From: a bacterium
Lineage (GTDB): Bacteria; Hydrothermota; Tepidihabitantia; B3-TA06
Direction: 5' to 3'
Length of the DNA stretch: 64,000 nucleotides
Assembly (NCBI GenBank): GCA_012517375.1
Contig: JAAYVC010000037.1
Location: 3,485 to 67,484, forward strand
The notes under the pieces were generated by a model. That model worked only from the letters and a program-made list of their open reading frames with translations, did not search any database and was not told where the DNA came from. Shown here piece after piece: positions 1-8,933 of the stretch. The position numbers were made by a program, and so were the translations under genes. The number at the start of each line of letters is the position of its first letter. Within the stretch, counting starts at the first letter, position 1.

Positions 1-705
1 GCCGTAATAGGCACCACCAAGTCCGACGCGTTCGATAACCTGTTCGAGGTATTCTCGTGCGTGAACGACCAGCCGTGGCGTCTCATCTGGTATCAGCTGC
101 TTCTGGGGATATTCGCCGTAGTCGGAATGGCGTTCCTCGCGTTCGCGAGCGTGAAGGCTCTGCAGCTGGGCCGCTGGATAGTCGGCATACTCATGAACGT
201 CTCGGCGGCGAAGAGCTCGGCGCAGGTGCTCTTCAAGCTCGACCTCATGATAAACGGCGCAGCGGACTACGTAAGACTCGTTCTGCCCGCCTGGCTCCAG
301 AACGTCTTGTTCTGGCTGCCGGTGCAGGTTCAGAACGCCTTCGGCTGGATAAAGGAAACGGTCAATCTGCCAAGCCTCATCCACACCGAGAACGTTGTAG
401 GTGCAGTCGGCAACTGGTCGGTTACCGTAGGCACCATTCTTTTGGCCATAACCTACCACTGCCTGATTCTCTTCGTGCTCGGTTTCGGGTCCGCCATATG
501 GTATTCGGGAAACACCCTCGTCTACCTCATCCTCGTGCGCAAAAAGGACGACCGCAACCTTCTTGAGATAAAGGACGAAGAGGTCGAGATACCCGAAAAG
601 CTTGAGGCCGAGACGCCCGCTCCGGAAGCCAAGCCCAAACGCACGGCAAAAGCCAAGAAGGCTCCGGCAAAGAAACCGGCTGCAAAAAAGCCTAAAAGGG
701 GTTAG
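1..705 (+). CDS. 5'-partial membrane protein with Lys/Ala-rich basic C-terminal tail (histone H1-like KAKKAPAKKPAAKKPKRG)
   Basis: Frame is open from base 1 (no stop before the first Met at 61). Hydrophobic segments and the KAKK tail were read from the track translation. The ORF ends at 705. Confidence 0.5.
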   Translation, partial: AVIGTTKSDAFDNLFEVFSCVNDQPWRLIWYQLLLGIFAVVGMAFLAFASVKALQLGRWIVGILMNVSAAKSSAQVLFKLDLMINGAADYVRLVLPAWLQNVLFWLPVQVQNAFGWIKETVNLPSLIHTENVVGAVGNWSVTVGTILLAITYHCLILFVLGFGSAIWYSGNTLVYLILVRKKDDRNLLEIKDEEVEIPEKLEAETPAPEAKPKRTAKAKKAPAKKPAAKKPKRG

Positions 706-756
706 GCTAAGCCCGGCCCCTGAACGCCCGAGCGCGCCGTAACACCCGCACTCGAT

Positions 757-3309
757 ATGTACTGCGTGCGCATACGGGTAACCGGGGCGGTTCAAGGGGT
801 AGGCTTCAGACCATTCTGTTACAGCCAGGCCGTAAAACACGGTCTGGCTGGTTTCGTTAAGAACGACCTTTCGGGCGTCGAGATAGCGCTCGAGGGTGAT
901 AGATCGGGGATTGAGGGGTTCATAGAAGCGTTGAGGAGCAAGCCGCCTCCTGCATCAAGGATATCGGGGATAGTGGTCGAGGAGGCACGCGCACAGGGAT
1001 TCGCGGGTTTCAAGATTATCGCAAGCGAGCGGGGCAACGCTTCGCAGGGGCTAGAGGTATCGGCAGACCTTGCAACATGCGAGGAGTGCAGGCGCGAGAT
1101 TTTTGACCCGGGCGACCGCAGATACGGGTACGCCTTCACCAACTGCACGGACTGCGGTCCACGATACACGATAATCAAGGACCTTCCCTACGACAGACCC
1201 ATGACTACGATGGAGGAGTTCAGGATGTGTTCGGACTGCCGCAGCGAGTACGAAAATCCTCTGGACAGGCGCTTTCATGCGCAGCCCAACGCCTGTAGCG
1301 TATGCGGTCCTGATGTGGCGCTGCTCGATTCCTCAGGCAGAGCGGTTGCATGCAGGAACCCTATTGAGGAGACCGCAGCCCTCATCGCCCGGGGTAGAAT
1401 CGTCGCGGTAAAAGGGCTTGGAGGCTACCACCTGGTCTGCGACGCATCAAGCGTCGGGGCGATACGCGAGCTGCGGCTGCGCAAAAAGAGACCGCACAAG
1501 GCGCTCGCACTCATGGCAAGGGATGTGGATGCGGCGAGAACGTACGCCCGCATAAGCTGGGAGGAGGAGAGGGTCTTGAAATCATCGTCCGCGCCGATAC
1601 TGCTCCTTGAGTGGAACGAACAGATGCCGCAGGAGCTCAAGGACGCCATAGCGCCCATGAGTCCGGGCGTCGGAATAATGCTCGCCTACACGCCCCTGCA
1701 TCACCTCTTGTTCACGCAGACCTTGGTCGACCCGTTGAGTACGGCTAAAGGTGTAGTCGTCGCGACGAGCGCCAACCGCGGGGACGAGCCCCTGATAGCG
1801 GATGAACGCGAGCTCTTCGAACGTCTCACAGGCGTCTTCGACGCGGCACTCGTGCACAACAGAAGGATAAAGAACCGCATAGACGATTCCGTCGGTTTCT
1901 TTCTGCCTCTCAACCGGGGCTTGAAGGCAGAGAGCCAGGCTGAGTCAGGAATAGTGTCCCCAAGTGAATCTCTAGGATTCGCTTGGGGTGATGGTTTCTA
2001 TCTCGTGCGCAGGGCGCGAGGGTTTGCTCCGCAACCGTTCCGGACCCCGTTCGAGTTTCCCCCGATGCTCTCCGTGGGCGCCGAGATGAAGGGGTCTTTC
2101 GCACTGTCTGAGGGTTCAAGGCTCTGGCTCTCTCCCCATGTAGGCGAGCTGACGAACCGCAGAACGATAGAGTTTTTCGAGGAGACGCTCGAGACCTACA
2201 TGAGATGGTTCAGGGTTAAGCCCGGCGTCGTCGTGGCCGACATGCACCCCGACTACCTCTCCACGCGCTGGGCCGAGCGCTTCTCGCAGGAGAAGGGGAT
2301 CCCCCTTGTGGGAGTCCAGCACCACCACGCGCACATAGCGTCCGTTATCTTCGAGCACACGCTCACAGAGCCCGTCATCGGTCTCGCGCTCGACGGAACC
2401 GGGTACGGAGCGCAACCCACAGAAAAGCAAGGCTTTTCTATGGGAACCCAAGCTAAAGAGATTGACCGCGGAGCAGATGCTGACAATCAAAGAAACGCCG
2501 TGATTTCGTCTGAAGAACCGAGTGGGGTAGGCAGTATTTGGGGCTGCGAGCTCCTCTACGTCCCAGACGAAGGCGCACGATATGAGAGGCTCGGTCATCT
2601 TTTGCCCCTGGCGCTCGCGGGCGGAGAGCTTGCCATCAGGAGACCGCGAAGGATGGCCGCAGGCGTGGTGGCAGACCTGTTCGGCTCCGACAAGGCAGTC
2701 GAACTCTTCGGCAGGGAGGCCGAGATAGTGTCCGCTCAGCTCGCAGGCGGGCGGACGGCGCGGGTAGCGCGGGTAGCGCGAGGAGGGCGAGGAGGGCTGG
2801 AAGTAGTGAGGGCATCGAGCGCTGGCAGGCTCTTCGATACGGTTGCCGGCATCCTCGGCCTGGTGGATGAGATAACGTACGAGGCACAGGCGGCCGTTGC
2901 GCTCGAATGGCTGGCGGTTTCCGCATTCGAGGATGGCCTGGGGGGCTATCCATTCGATATAACCCCGGAGCGGTTGATTGACCCGAAGCCGTGCCTTTCC
3001 GAGATACTCGCGGATTTAGAGAAGGGAAGGGACAAGAGCGTGATTGCGGCCCGGTTCCACAAGGGTTTTGCCGACGCGCTCGTCTTGTGGGCGCTTAAGG
3101 CCGCAGAGGAGAAGGGCGCAAGCACCATCGCGGCATCAGGCGGCGTGCTGGCGAACCGCTTGCTGCAGCGGTTTCTGGGCGCAGGCGCACAGGAGCGCGG
3201 ACTGCGTTTCTACACCACTAAGCTGGTGCCGTCTACGGACGGAGGAATCGCTGTCGGACAACTTCAAGTAGCAGCGAAACTTGCCCAACTGGGACTGATT
3301 AAGAAATAA
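757..3309 (+). CDS. hypF: [NiFe]-hydrogenase maturation carbamoyltransferase HypF
   Basis: 850 aa. N-terminal acylphosphatase motif (VRIRVTGAVQGVGFRPF). Two CxxC(x18)CxxC zinc-finger pairs (CEECRREI..CTDCGPRY; CSDCRSEY..CSVCGP). YrdC-like middle and Kae1/HypF-like C-terminal (GGVLANRLL..VPSTDGGIAVGQ). Contains a low-complexity insert with RVARVARGGRGG. Confidence 0.85.
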   Translation: MYCVRIRVTGAVQGVGFRPFCYSQAVKHGLAGFVKNDLSGVEIALEGDRSGIEGFIEALRSKPPPASRISGIVVEEARAQGFAGFKIIASERGNASQGLEVSADLATCEECRREIFDPGDRRYGYAFTNCTDCGPRYTIIKDLPYDRPMTTMEEFRMCSDCRSEYENPLDRRFHAQPNACSVCGPDVALLDSSGRAVACRNPIEETAALIARGRIVAVKGLGGYHLVCDASSVGAIRELRLRKKRPHKALALMARDVDAARTYARISWEEERVLKSSSAPILLLEWNEQMPQELKDAIAPMSPGVGIMLAYTPLHHLLFTQTLVDPLSTAKGVVVATSANRGDEPLIADERELFERLTGVFDAALVHNRRIKNRIDDSVGFFLPLNRGLKAESQAESGIVSPSESLGFAWGDGFYLVRRARGFAPQPFRTPFEFPPMLSVGAEMKGSFALSEGSRLWLSPHVGELTNRRTIEFFEETLETYMRWFRVKPGVVVADMHPDYLSTRWAERFSQEKGIPLVGVQHHHAHIASVIFEHTLTEPVIGLALDGTGYGAQPTEKQGFSMGTQAKEIDRGADADNQRNAVISSEEPSGVGSIWGCELLYVPDEGARYERLGHLLPLALAGGELAIRRPRRMAAGVVADLFGSDKAVELFGREAEIVSAQLAGGRTARVARVARGGRGGLEVVRASSAGRLFDTVAGILGLVDEITYEAQAAVALEWLAVSAFEDGLGGYPFDITPERLIDPKPCLSEILADLEKGRDKSVIAARFHKGFADALVLWALKAAEEKGASTIAASGGVLANRLLQRFLGAGAQERGLRFYTTKLVPSTDGGIAVGQLQVAAKLAQLGLIKK

Positions 3310-3421
3310 TATACTTGACAACGCTCCGAGAAAGAGTATATTTCATCTATCCCCAATCGTCCCGTTCATCGGGAGTGCCAGGGTCAAGCTTTTAAAAATG
3401 GTGATTTATGACTGATATGCG

Positions 3422-3442
3422 TGTGGATAACTTTGTGGATAA
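3422..3442 (+). promoter_or_regulatory. Two tandem DnaA boxes (TGTGGATAA x2, reverse complement of TTATCCACA) immediately upstream of dnaA
   Basis: Exact 9-mer TGTGGATAA at 3422-3430 and 3434-3442. Position is 35-55 bp upstream of the dnaA GTG start. Confidence 0.6.
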
Positions 3443-3475
3443 GTTTTTTATTTCGATGTCCGTGGAGGAGAACAA

Positions 3476-4798
3476 GTGACTGAAGCGACGCTTTGGAACA
3501 ACGTACTGGAAAGGCTCAGGGCGCGAATACCCGAAGAGGGGTTCAACACCTGGTTCAAACCGACGCGCTTCGTCGAGAAGCGTGAGAACACGATACTTGT
3601 CGAGGTGCCGAATCCGTTCTTCGTGGAGTGGATTGAAGAGTACTACGGCAAAGCGCTGGCAGAGGCCCTGGCTGATCTCGACTCGGGCGGCTTAAGGGTC
3701 GCTTTTCAGGCGCGCAAGGTAGACCCAGGTGCGGCAAGGCCGAAGTTCGTTCGCAGACGCATCGTTTACGCCCAGGACGGTTCAAGGCTGCAGGAGCGCT
3801 ACACGTTCACGAACTTCGTGGTCGGCGAACACAACCGTTTTGCCCACGCCGCTGCCCTGGCAGTTGCCGAGGCGCCATCCGATGTCTACAATCCTTTGTT
3901 CATCTACGGGGGGGTCGGGCTTGGCAAGACCCACCTGGTGCAGGCGATAGGCAATTATCTCGTCAGGACAAGGCCGAAGCTGTCAGTGGCCTACATACCT
4001 GCCGAAACGCTGTTCATAGAACTCATTGACGCCGTTGAGAAGAACACCAGGATGGAGTTCAAGAACCGCTACCGCTCGAAGGACATACTTCTCATAGACG
4101 ACATTCATTTCCTGAGAGGGAAGGAGTCTCTCCAGGAGGAGATTTTCCACCTGTTCAATCACCTGTACGAGGGCGGAAAGCAGGTGGTGCTGACATCGGA
4201 CCGGCCGCCGCGCGAGATACCGACTCTAGAGGAACGACTCGCTTCACGCTTTGCCGGAGGTCTTGTAGTCGATATCCAGCCTCCCGACATAGAGACGAGG
4301 ATAGCGATCCTTCGCTCCAAGGCTGACACCGAGGGCCAGGTTCTTCCCCAGGACGTCGCATACTTCATAGCCTCACGCGTTCGCTCCAATATCCGCGAAC
4401 TCGAGGGCACGCTCATAAGGCTTCTTGCGCTCTCCTCGCTGACAGGACGTTCCCTTACGACGAATCTTGCCGAGGAGGTCCTTCACGAGCTTTTGAGGAA
4501 CAGGCCTAAGACCACGCCTGCAAGAATAGCCAAGCACGTTGCAAGAACCTTTAATATCTCTACCGAAGAGATGCTCTCGCGCAGCCGCACCGCTAATCTT
4601 GCGCTTGCAAGACAGTCCGCGATGTTCCTCATGCGCAAGATACTGGGACTTCCGCTTAAGGAGATAGGCCGCTTCTTCGGCGGCAAGGATCACACCACTG
4701 TCATTCACGCCATTGAAAAGGTTCGGCGGCTTACCGAGGAGGACGCCGAGTTCAAAGACCAGCTCTTCGGAATCGAACAGAGAATAAACCGGAGCTGA
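3476..4798 (+). CDS. dnaA: Chromosomal replication initiator protein DnaA
   Basis: 440 aa, GTG start with GGAGGAG SD. AAA+ Walker A GGVGLGKTHL. C-terminal DnaA box-binding domain (LSRSRTANLALARQSAMFLMRKILGLPLKEIGRFFGGKDHTTVIHA). Confidence 0.95.
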   Translation: MTEATLWNNVLERLRARIPEEGFNTWFKPTRFVEKRENTILVEVPNPFFVEWIEEYYGKALAEALADLDSGGLRVAFQARKVDPGAARPKFVRRRIVYAQDGSRLQERYTFTNFVVGEHNRFAHAAALAVAEAPSDVYNPLFIYGGVGLGKTHLVQAIGNYLVRTRPKLSVAYIPAETLFIELIDAVEKNTRMEFKNRYRSKDILLIDDIHFLRGKESLQEEIFHLFNHLYEGGKQVVLTSDRPPREIPTLEERLASRFAGGLVVDIQPPDIETRIAILRSKADTEGQVLPQDVAYFIASRVRSNIRELEGTLIRLLALSSLTGRSLTTNLAEEVLHELLRNRPKTTPARIAKHVARTFNISTEEMLSRSRTANLALARQSAMFLMRKILGLPLKEIGRFFGGKDHTTVIHAIEKVRRLTEEDAEFKDQLFGIEQRINRS

Positions 4799-5029
4799 AC
4801 CGCGATGTGGAAATACCTGTTAAAAACATGTGTCGATTATTGTGGGCAGCCCAGGCAAGAAGGATATTTTCAACATCTATCCCCCGAATTCTACAAACTT
4901 TTCAACAATTCTCTAGGAAAGTAAGTTGCACATGAAAGTTATTTATAATAAAATCCACTATTTCAACATTGACAACAACAACAACAAGAGTAAGATTCAA
5001 TTTATGAATGTTGCTGAATTAGAGGAGGA
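4799..5029 (+). other. AT-rich dnaA-dnaN intergenic region, candidate oriC/DNA-unwinding element
   Basis: 231-bp spacer markedly AT-rich relative to the flanks (tttataataaaatccactatttcaacattgacaacaacaacaacaag). Contains a partial DnaA-box-like ATCCAC. Confidence 0.35.
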
Positions 5030-6133
5030 ATGATGTGGTTTAAACTTGAAAGAAATCTTCTTGAAGAGTTAATCGAAAGGGTAGTACCCGTCATTCCGTC
5101 GCGTACACCCTATCCTATCATTCAAAACATCCTTTGCTCCACCGAGCACGGAAAACTCAGTTTTCTGGCGACCGATCTTGATATCTACGTCAAGACATGG
5201 ACTGTTCTGAAAGCCAAAGAAGAGTCAAAGATACTTCTTCCCGGAAGAAAACTCCTGGGCATCGTCAAAGAAAGCAACGCCGACGAGATGGAGTTCACAA
5301 GGGAGGAAAACAAGATAATAGTCAAGGCCGGCAGAAGCGTATTCAAGATGCCTATCCTCGACGCCGAGGAGTTTCCAAGAATGTTTGAGCTGCCTCAGGA
5401 AACAAGATTCAGCGTTGACGGCAAGGATTTGAGGCGAATATTCGAAGCGGTCGAGTTTGCGGTCTCCAAAGGCGAGGACAGACCTGCAATGACAGGCATT
5501 TACTGGGAGCTTAAGAACGAACGAAACAGGATGGTCGCCACCGACGGCCATCGCATGGCAGTGAGCGAGGATAAGAACAGCGTACCGAAGATAGAGGAGC
5601 GCTCGCAGATTCTTCCCACTAAGATATTCAACTTCTTCCCCAAGGAGATTGACGGTCCTATAGATGTTTCAATGGACAACACGAAGATAGGTCTCTCCTT
5701 CAACTCAACAGAGGTCGTCTCAAGACTCATCGAGGGACCGTATCCGGACTATGAAAAGGTCATACCCAAGGAGATAAAAAACGTTCTCACTGTCAGCCGG
5801 GAAGAGTTTACGTCCGCTCTCCGCAGGATGATGATCTTCACTAACCAGGTTACGCGGCAGATAAAGCTCGTTTTAGGAAAGAAGACTCTTGAGATATCGT
5901 CCTTCTCTCCAGAGGGAGAGGAGGCGCACGAGGAGTTGACCGCCAGCTACAAGGGCGAAAGCTTCGAGGTCGCCTACAATGGCTCCTATCTTCTCGATAT
6001 AATGCGCCATATCGAGACGGAAGACGTTGTATTCGACATAACGGGCGCGCTTTCTGCAGCGCTCATTCACGGTTCGGGCACAAAAGATGAGCAGGTCCGC
6101 TTCTATCTCTTGATGCCCATACTTCTCGATTAA
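5030..6133 (+). CDS. dnaN: DNA polymerase III beta sliding clamp
   Basis: 367 aa, strong SD GGAGGAA. Three-domain beta-clamp pattern with conserved MTGIYWE and RMVATDGHRMA motifs. Canonical dnaA-dnaN synteny. Confidence 0.9.
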   Translation: MMWFKLERNLLEELIERVVPVIPSRTPYPIIQNILCSTEHGKLSFLATDLDIYVKTWTVLKAKEESKILLPGRKLLGIVKESNADEMEFTREENKIIVKAGRSVFKMPILDAEEFPRMFELPQETRFSVDGKDLRRIFEAVEFAVSKGEDRPAMTGIYWELKNERNRMVATDGHRMAVSEDKNSVPKIEERSQILPTKIFNFFPKEIDGPIDVSMDNTKIGLSFNSTEVVSRLIEGPYPDYEKVIPKEIKNVLTVSREEFTSALRRMMIFTNQVTRQIKLVLGKKTLEISSFSPEGEEAHEELTASYKGESFEVAYNGSYLLDIMRHIETEDVVFDITGALSAALIHGSGTKDEQVRFYLLMPILLD

Positions 6134-6204
6134 AAGAAAAGCCTGAGCGGGATGCGGGCAGGGCGCAGTAAAGCATTGAGATTGTAGCACGAATAAGAAA
6201 AAAC

Positions 6205-6232
6205 TTGACACGATACTAATTTATTCTACAAT
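6205..6232 (+). promoter_or_regulatory. Sigma70-type promoter for tRNA-Leu (TTGACA-16-TACAAT)
   Basis: TTGACA at 6205-6210, 16-bp spacer, TACAAT at 6227-6232. The tRNA 5' end lies ~14 bp downstream. Confidence 0.45.
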
Positions 6233-6245
6233 TGAGTTTTGAATA

Positions 6246-6329
6246 GCCGAAGTGGTGGAATTGGCATACGCGGCGGACTCAAAATCCGTTGGAGCTTGCT
6301 CCGTGAGGGTTCGACTCCCTCCTTCGGCA
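6246..6329 (+). tRNA. tRNA-Leu (anticodon CAA)
   Basis: 7-bp acceptor stem GCCGAAG/CTTCGGC plus discriminator A. Anticodon loop CTCAAAA. Long variable arm (GGAGCTTGCTCCGTGA) typical of Leu. T-arm GGGTTCGACTCCC. CCA not encoded. Confidence 0.85.
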
Positions 6330-6338
6330 TAAAAAAAT

Positions 6339-6371
6339 CCCACGTAAAAACACTATGTGTTTTTACGTGGG
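6339..6371. terminator. Perfect 15-bp-stem hairpin (CCCACGTAAAAACAC-tat-GTGTTTTTACGTGGG) downstream of tRNA-Leu
   Basis: Perfect inverted repeat with 3-nt loop, preceded by an A7 run. Could act as a terminator in either orientation. Same CCCNCGTAAAAA palindrome family as the hairpin at 34130. Confidence 0.4.
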
Positions 6372-6404
6372 GACCCTTGAAATAAATATTCCGGAGGATT
6401 ATAA

Positions 6405-7070
6405 ATGCCTATTCTTAGAGATGAAGACAAGAAATACATCACTGAACAATTCAACGCGAAGTTAACGAGTCAAGTAAAGATACTGCTTTTTTCACAGAAT
6501 CTTGAATGCGAGTACTGCAAGCCTACGGAAGAGATAATGACCGAGCTCGCATCACTCTCGGAAAAGCTCACGCTCGATATACGCAATCTCGCAATAGAAA
6601 GCGAGGATGCGAAGAGCTACGGCGTCGACAAGGTGCCTGCCGTAATCCTTCTCGGCGAAGGCGACAAGGATTACGGTATCAGGTTTTTCGGCGTACCCTC
6701 GGGCTACGAGTTTTCCACCCTTCTCGCGGACATAATAGACGTATCGAACGGAAAATCCGATCTCGATGCCGAGAGCGTATCAAAGATACAATCGGTTGCC
6801 TCGCCTGTGGACATTAAGGTCTTCGTGACTCCGACCTGTCCCTACTGCCCTGCCGCAGTCCGCGCCGCGCACAAGATTGCAATGGCAAATCCCGGGTACG
6901 TCCGCGCGGAGATGATAGAATCCGTCGAGTTCCCTCATCTTGCAAACCGCTATGCGGTGTACGGCGTTCCGAAAACGATAATTAACGAGAAGACCCAGTT
7001 CGAGGGCGCATTGCCTGACCAGGCCGTTGTCGAGCATGTGCTGAGCGCTCTTAAAGTATCGGGCGCATAA
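6405..7070 (+). CDS. Glutaredoxin-like protein disulfide oxidoreductase (two thioredoxin-fold units)
   Basis: 221 aa. Two redox motifs, CEYC (N-terminal unit) and CPYC (C-terminal unit, VFVTPTCPYCPAAV). Architecture matches PDO-type proteins. Sits directly upstream of trxB. Confidence 0.7.
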   Translation: MPILRDEDKKYITEQFNAKLTSQVKILLFSQNLECEYCKPTEEIMTELASLSEKLTLDIRNLAIESEDAKSYGVDKVPAVILLGEGDKDYGIRFFGVPSGYEFSTLLADIIDVSNGKSDLDAESVSKIQSVASPVDIKVFVTPTCPYCPAAVRAAHKIAMANPGYVRAEMIESVEFPHLANRYAVYGVPKTIINEKTQFEGALPDQAVVEHVLSALKVSGA

Positions 7071-7080
7071 GCGAGGCATT

Positions 7081-8043
7081 ATGGAGTTTTCGTTCTCGGT
7101 CGAGGCACCCAAGTCAACTGACGTCAAGGATTCATACGACGTCGTCATAATAGGCGGAGGACCTACAGGACTCACGGCAGCCATCTACTCCGCTCGCGCC
7201 AGCCTCTCCACCCTCGTCGTGGAGAAGGGAGTGACAGGCGGTCTTGTAACCGCGACTGAATTGATTGAGAACTACCCCGGATTTCCTGAAGGCGTTCAAG
7301 GCTCCGAACTCGGACGCTCGATGGAAGCTCAGGCTAAACGATTCGGCGCCGAGGTCTTCCACGGAGAACCGGGGATTGTAGATCTCACCTCAAGCCCTAA
7401 ACTCCTTAAAATAGGCGGAAAGGACGTCAAGGCGAGAGCGGTTATAGTCGCAACAGGCACCACCCATAAGAAGATAGGGGTCCCGGGAGAACGTGAGCTC
7501 GCAGGGCGCGGTGTTTCCTACTGCGCCACATGCGACGGACCATTCTTCAAGGATAAGGAAATAGTTGTCGTAGGCGCCGGAAACTCAGGCGTGCAGGAAT
7601 CGGTCTTTCTCGCCAAGTACGCATCAAAAATCACCATAGTCGAATTCCTGCCTACAATACAGGCCGAGCGCATACTCGTAGACCGTTTTCTTGCCACAGG
7701 CATCGGCTCGTTCATCACCAATCACGAGGTCGTAGCAATAGAAGGTTCGGAAAGCGTGACGGGCGTCCGCATTCGTTCGCGGGAGTCCGGGGAGGAGGAG
7801 AAGATTCCCTGCTCGGGCGTATTCATCTGGGTAGGTCTTCTTCCAGAGACCGGATCCTTCAAAGAGACGCTCGAGCTCGATAAATTGGGCTTCATAAAGA
7901 CCGATGAACATCTCAGAACGAGCATCGAAGGCGTTTGGGCCGCAGGCGACGTTGTTTCAGGAGCCACGCGCCAGATTGCCGCGGCAGTCGGTTCGGGTGC
8001 AACGGCAGCGATTGAGGTCGAACACTACCTCGCTTCGCGTTAA
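7081..8043 (+). CDS. trxB: Thioredoxin-disulfide reductase
   Basis: 320 aa. FAD-binding GGGPTGLTAAIY. Redox-active CATC (SYCATCDGPFF). NADPH-binding VVGAGNSG. Confidence 0.85.
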   Translation: MEFSFSVEAPKSTDVKDSYDVVIIGGGPTGLTAAIYSARASLSTLVVEKGVTGGLVTATELIENYPGFPEGVQGSELGRSMEAQAKRFGAEVFHGEPGIVDLTSSPKLLKIGGKDVKARAVIVATGTTHKKIGVPGERELAGRGVSYCATCDGPFFKDKEIVVVGAGNSGVQESVFLAKYASKITIVEFLPTIQAERILVDRFLATGIGSFITNHEVVAIEGSESVTGVRIRSRESGEEEKIPCSGVFIWVGLLPETGSFKETLELDKLGFIKTDEHLRTSIEGVWAAGDVVSGATRQIAAAVGSGATAAIEVEHYLASR

Positions 8044-8068
8044 CATCTTAATAATTGAGAGGATAAAC

Positions 8069-8638
8069 ATGAGATTTATCAACATTTTACTGGCTTCCCT
8101 TCTCGGGGCGGTCATACTCGCAGGATGCGGGGTAAACGGAAAGCCTAAGTCCGCTCAAAACACGGGCGATGTCACGGATGCCGCGTCCGGCTCGCAGTCC
8201 GGGGATGCGGAGAAGGAAAGAAAACTTGCTCCGGATTTCACGCTCGCAGATATGAACGGTAAAGCCCACACCCTGTCCAAGTACCAGGGCAAGGTCGTCC
8301 TTATCGATTTCTGGGCGTCCTGGTGCCCGCCGTGCAGGGCTGAGATTCCCCACCTCGTAAAGATTTACGAAAAGTATAAGAGCGACGGACTCGTAATCCT
8401 AGGGGTAGGGCTTGATAAAAAGGAAAATCTCGCTACAATCTCAAAGGAACTCGGAATAACCTACACCGTTCTCGTTGACGACCGGAGCGTAACGGGCAGG
8501 CTCTACGACGTAAAGGGGATTCCGAGAACGCTCATGCTCGACAGGAAGGGAAGAATAGCAGCCGACCACACCGGCTTCGCCGAAGGGATGGAATCGGAGC
8601 TGGAAGGCGAAGTCAAAAAGCTGCTTAGCGAGAAATAG
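8069..8638 (+). CDS. TlpA/ResA-like thiol:disulfide oxidoreductase lipoprotein
   Basis: Start chosen at the ATG at 8069 (MRFINILLASLLGAVILAGCG, lipobox LAGC). The track ORF starts at 7904 but overlaps trxB. Thioredoxin motif WASWCPPC. Confidence 0.75.
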   Translation: MRFINILLASLLGAVILAGCGVNGKPKSAQNTGDVTDAASGSQSGDAEKERKLAPDFTLADMNGKAHTLSKYQGKVVLIDFWASWCPPCRAEIPHLVKIYEKYKSDGLVILGVGLDKKENLATISKELGITYTVLVDDRSVTGRLYDVKGIPRTLMLDRKGRIAADHTGFAEGMESELEGEVKKLLSEK

Positions 8639-8933
8639 GCGAACGTAAGCCGCTCCTGAATCACGCATCAGTGAGAGGATACCTGGGCAGGCGTGAAGAT
8701 AATTGATTCGGGGGTAGTTCTGTAACGCCCCCGACTGGAAAACATAAAAAGGATTGCCTCACGTTATGGTTAATGGGACTCCTCATTATTATTTGAGGCA
8801 ACCCGTTGAATACAGGTTGCGTCTTAATGACTTGAAACCGGAGAGACACTTACCACCGGTTATCAAGACAAGAACAAAGACTCGGAAGCAAACAACTTTC
8901 GGGAATATGTAATTTAAGGAGGTTTTTAAGAAC

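Noticed and set aside
819-3321. Multiple antisense/overlapping ORFs inside hypF (e.g. 819-1178, 2116-2598, 2636-2953, all minus strand)
   Set aside because: They are embedded in a long, well-supported + strand gene. GC-rich sequence generates spurious open frames. They have no motifs.
7904-8068. N-terminal extension of the TlpA-like ORF
   Set aside because: It overlaps the 3' end of trxB in another frame. The lipoprotein signal peptide begins at the ATG at 8069.
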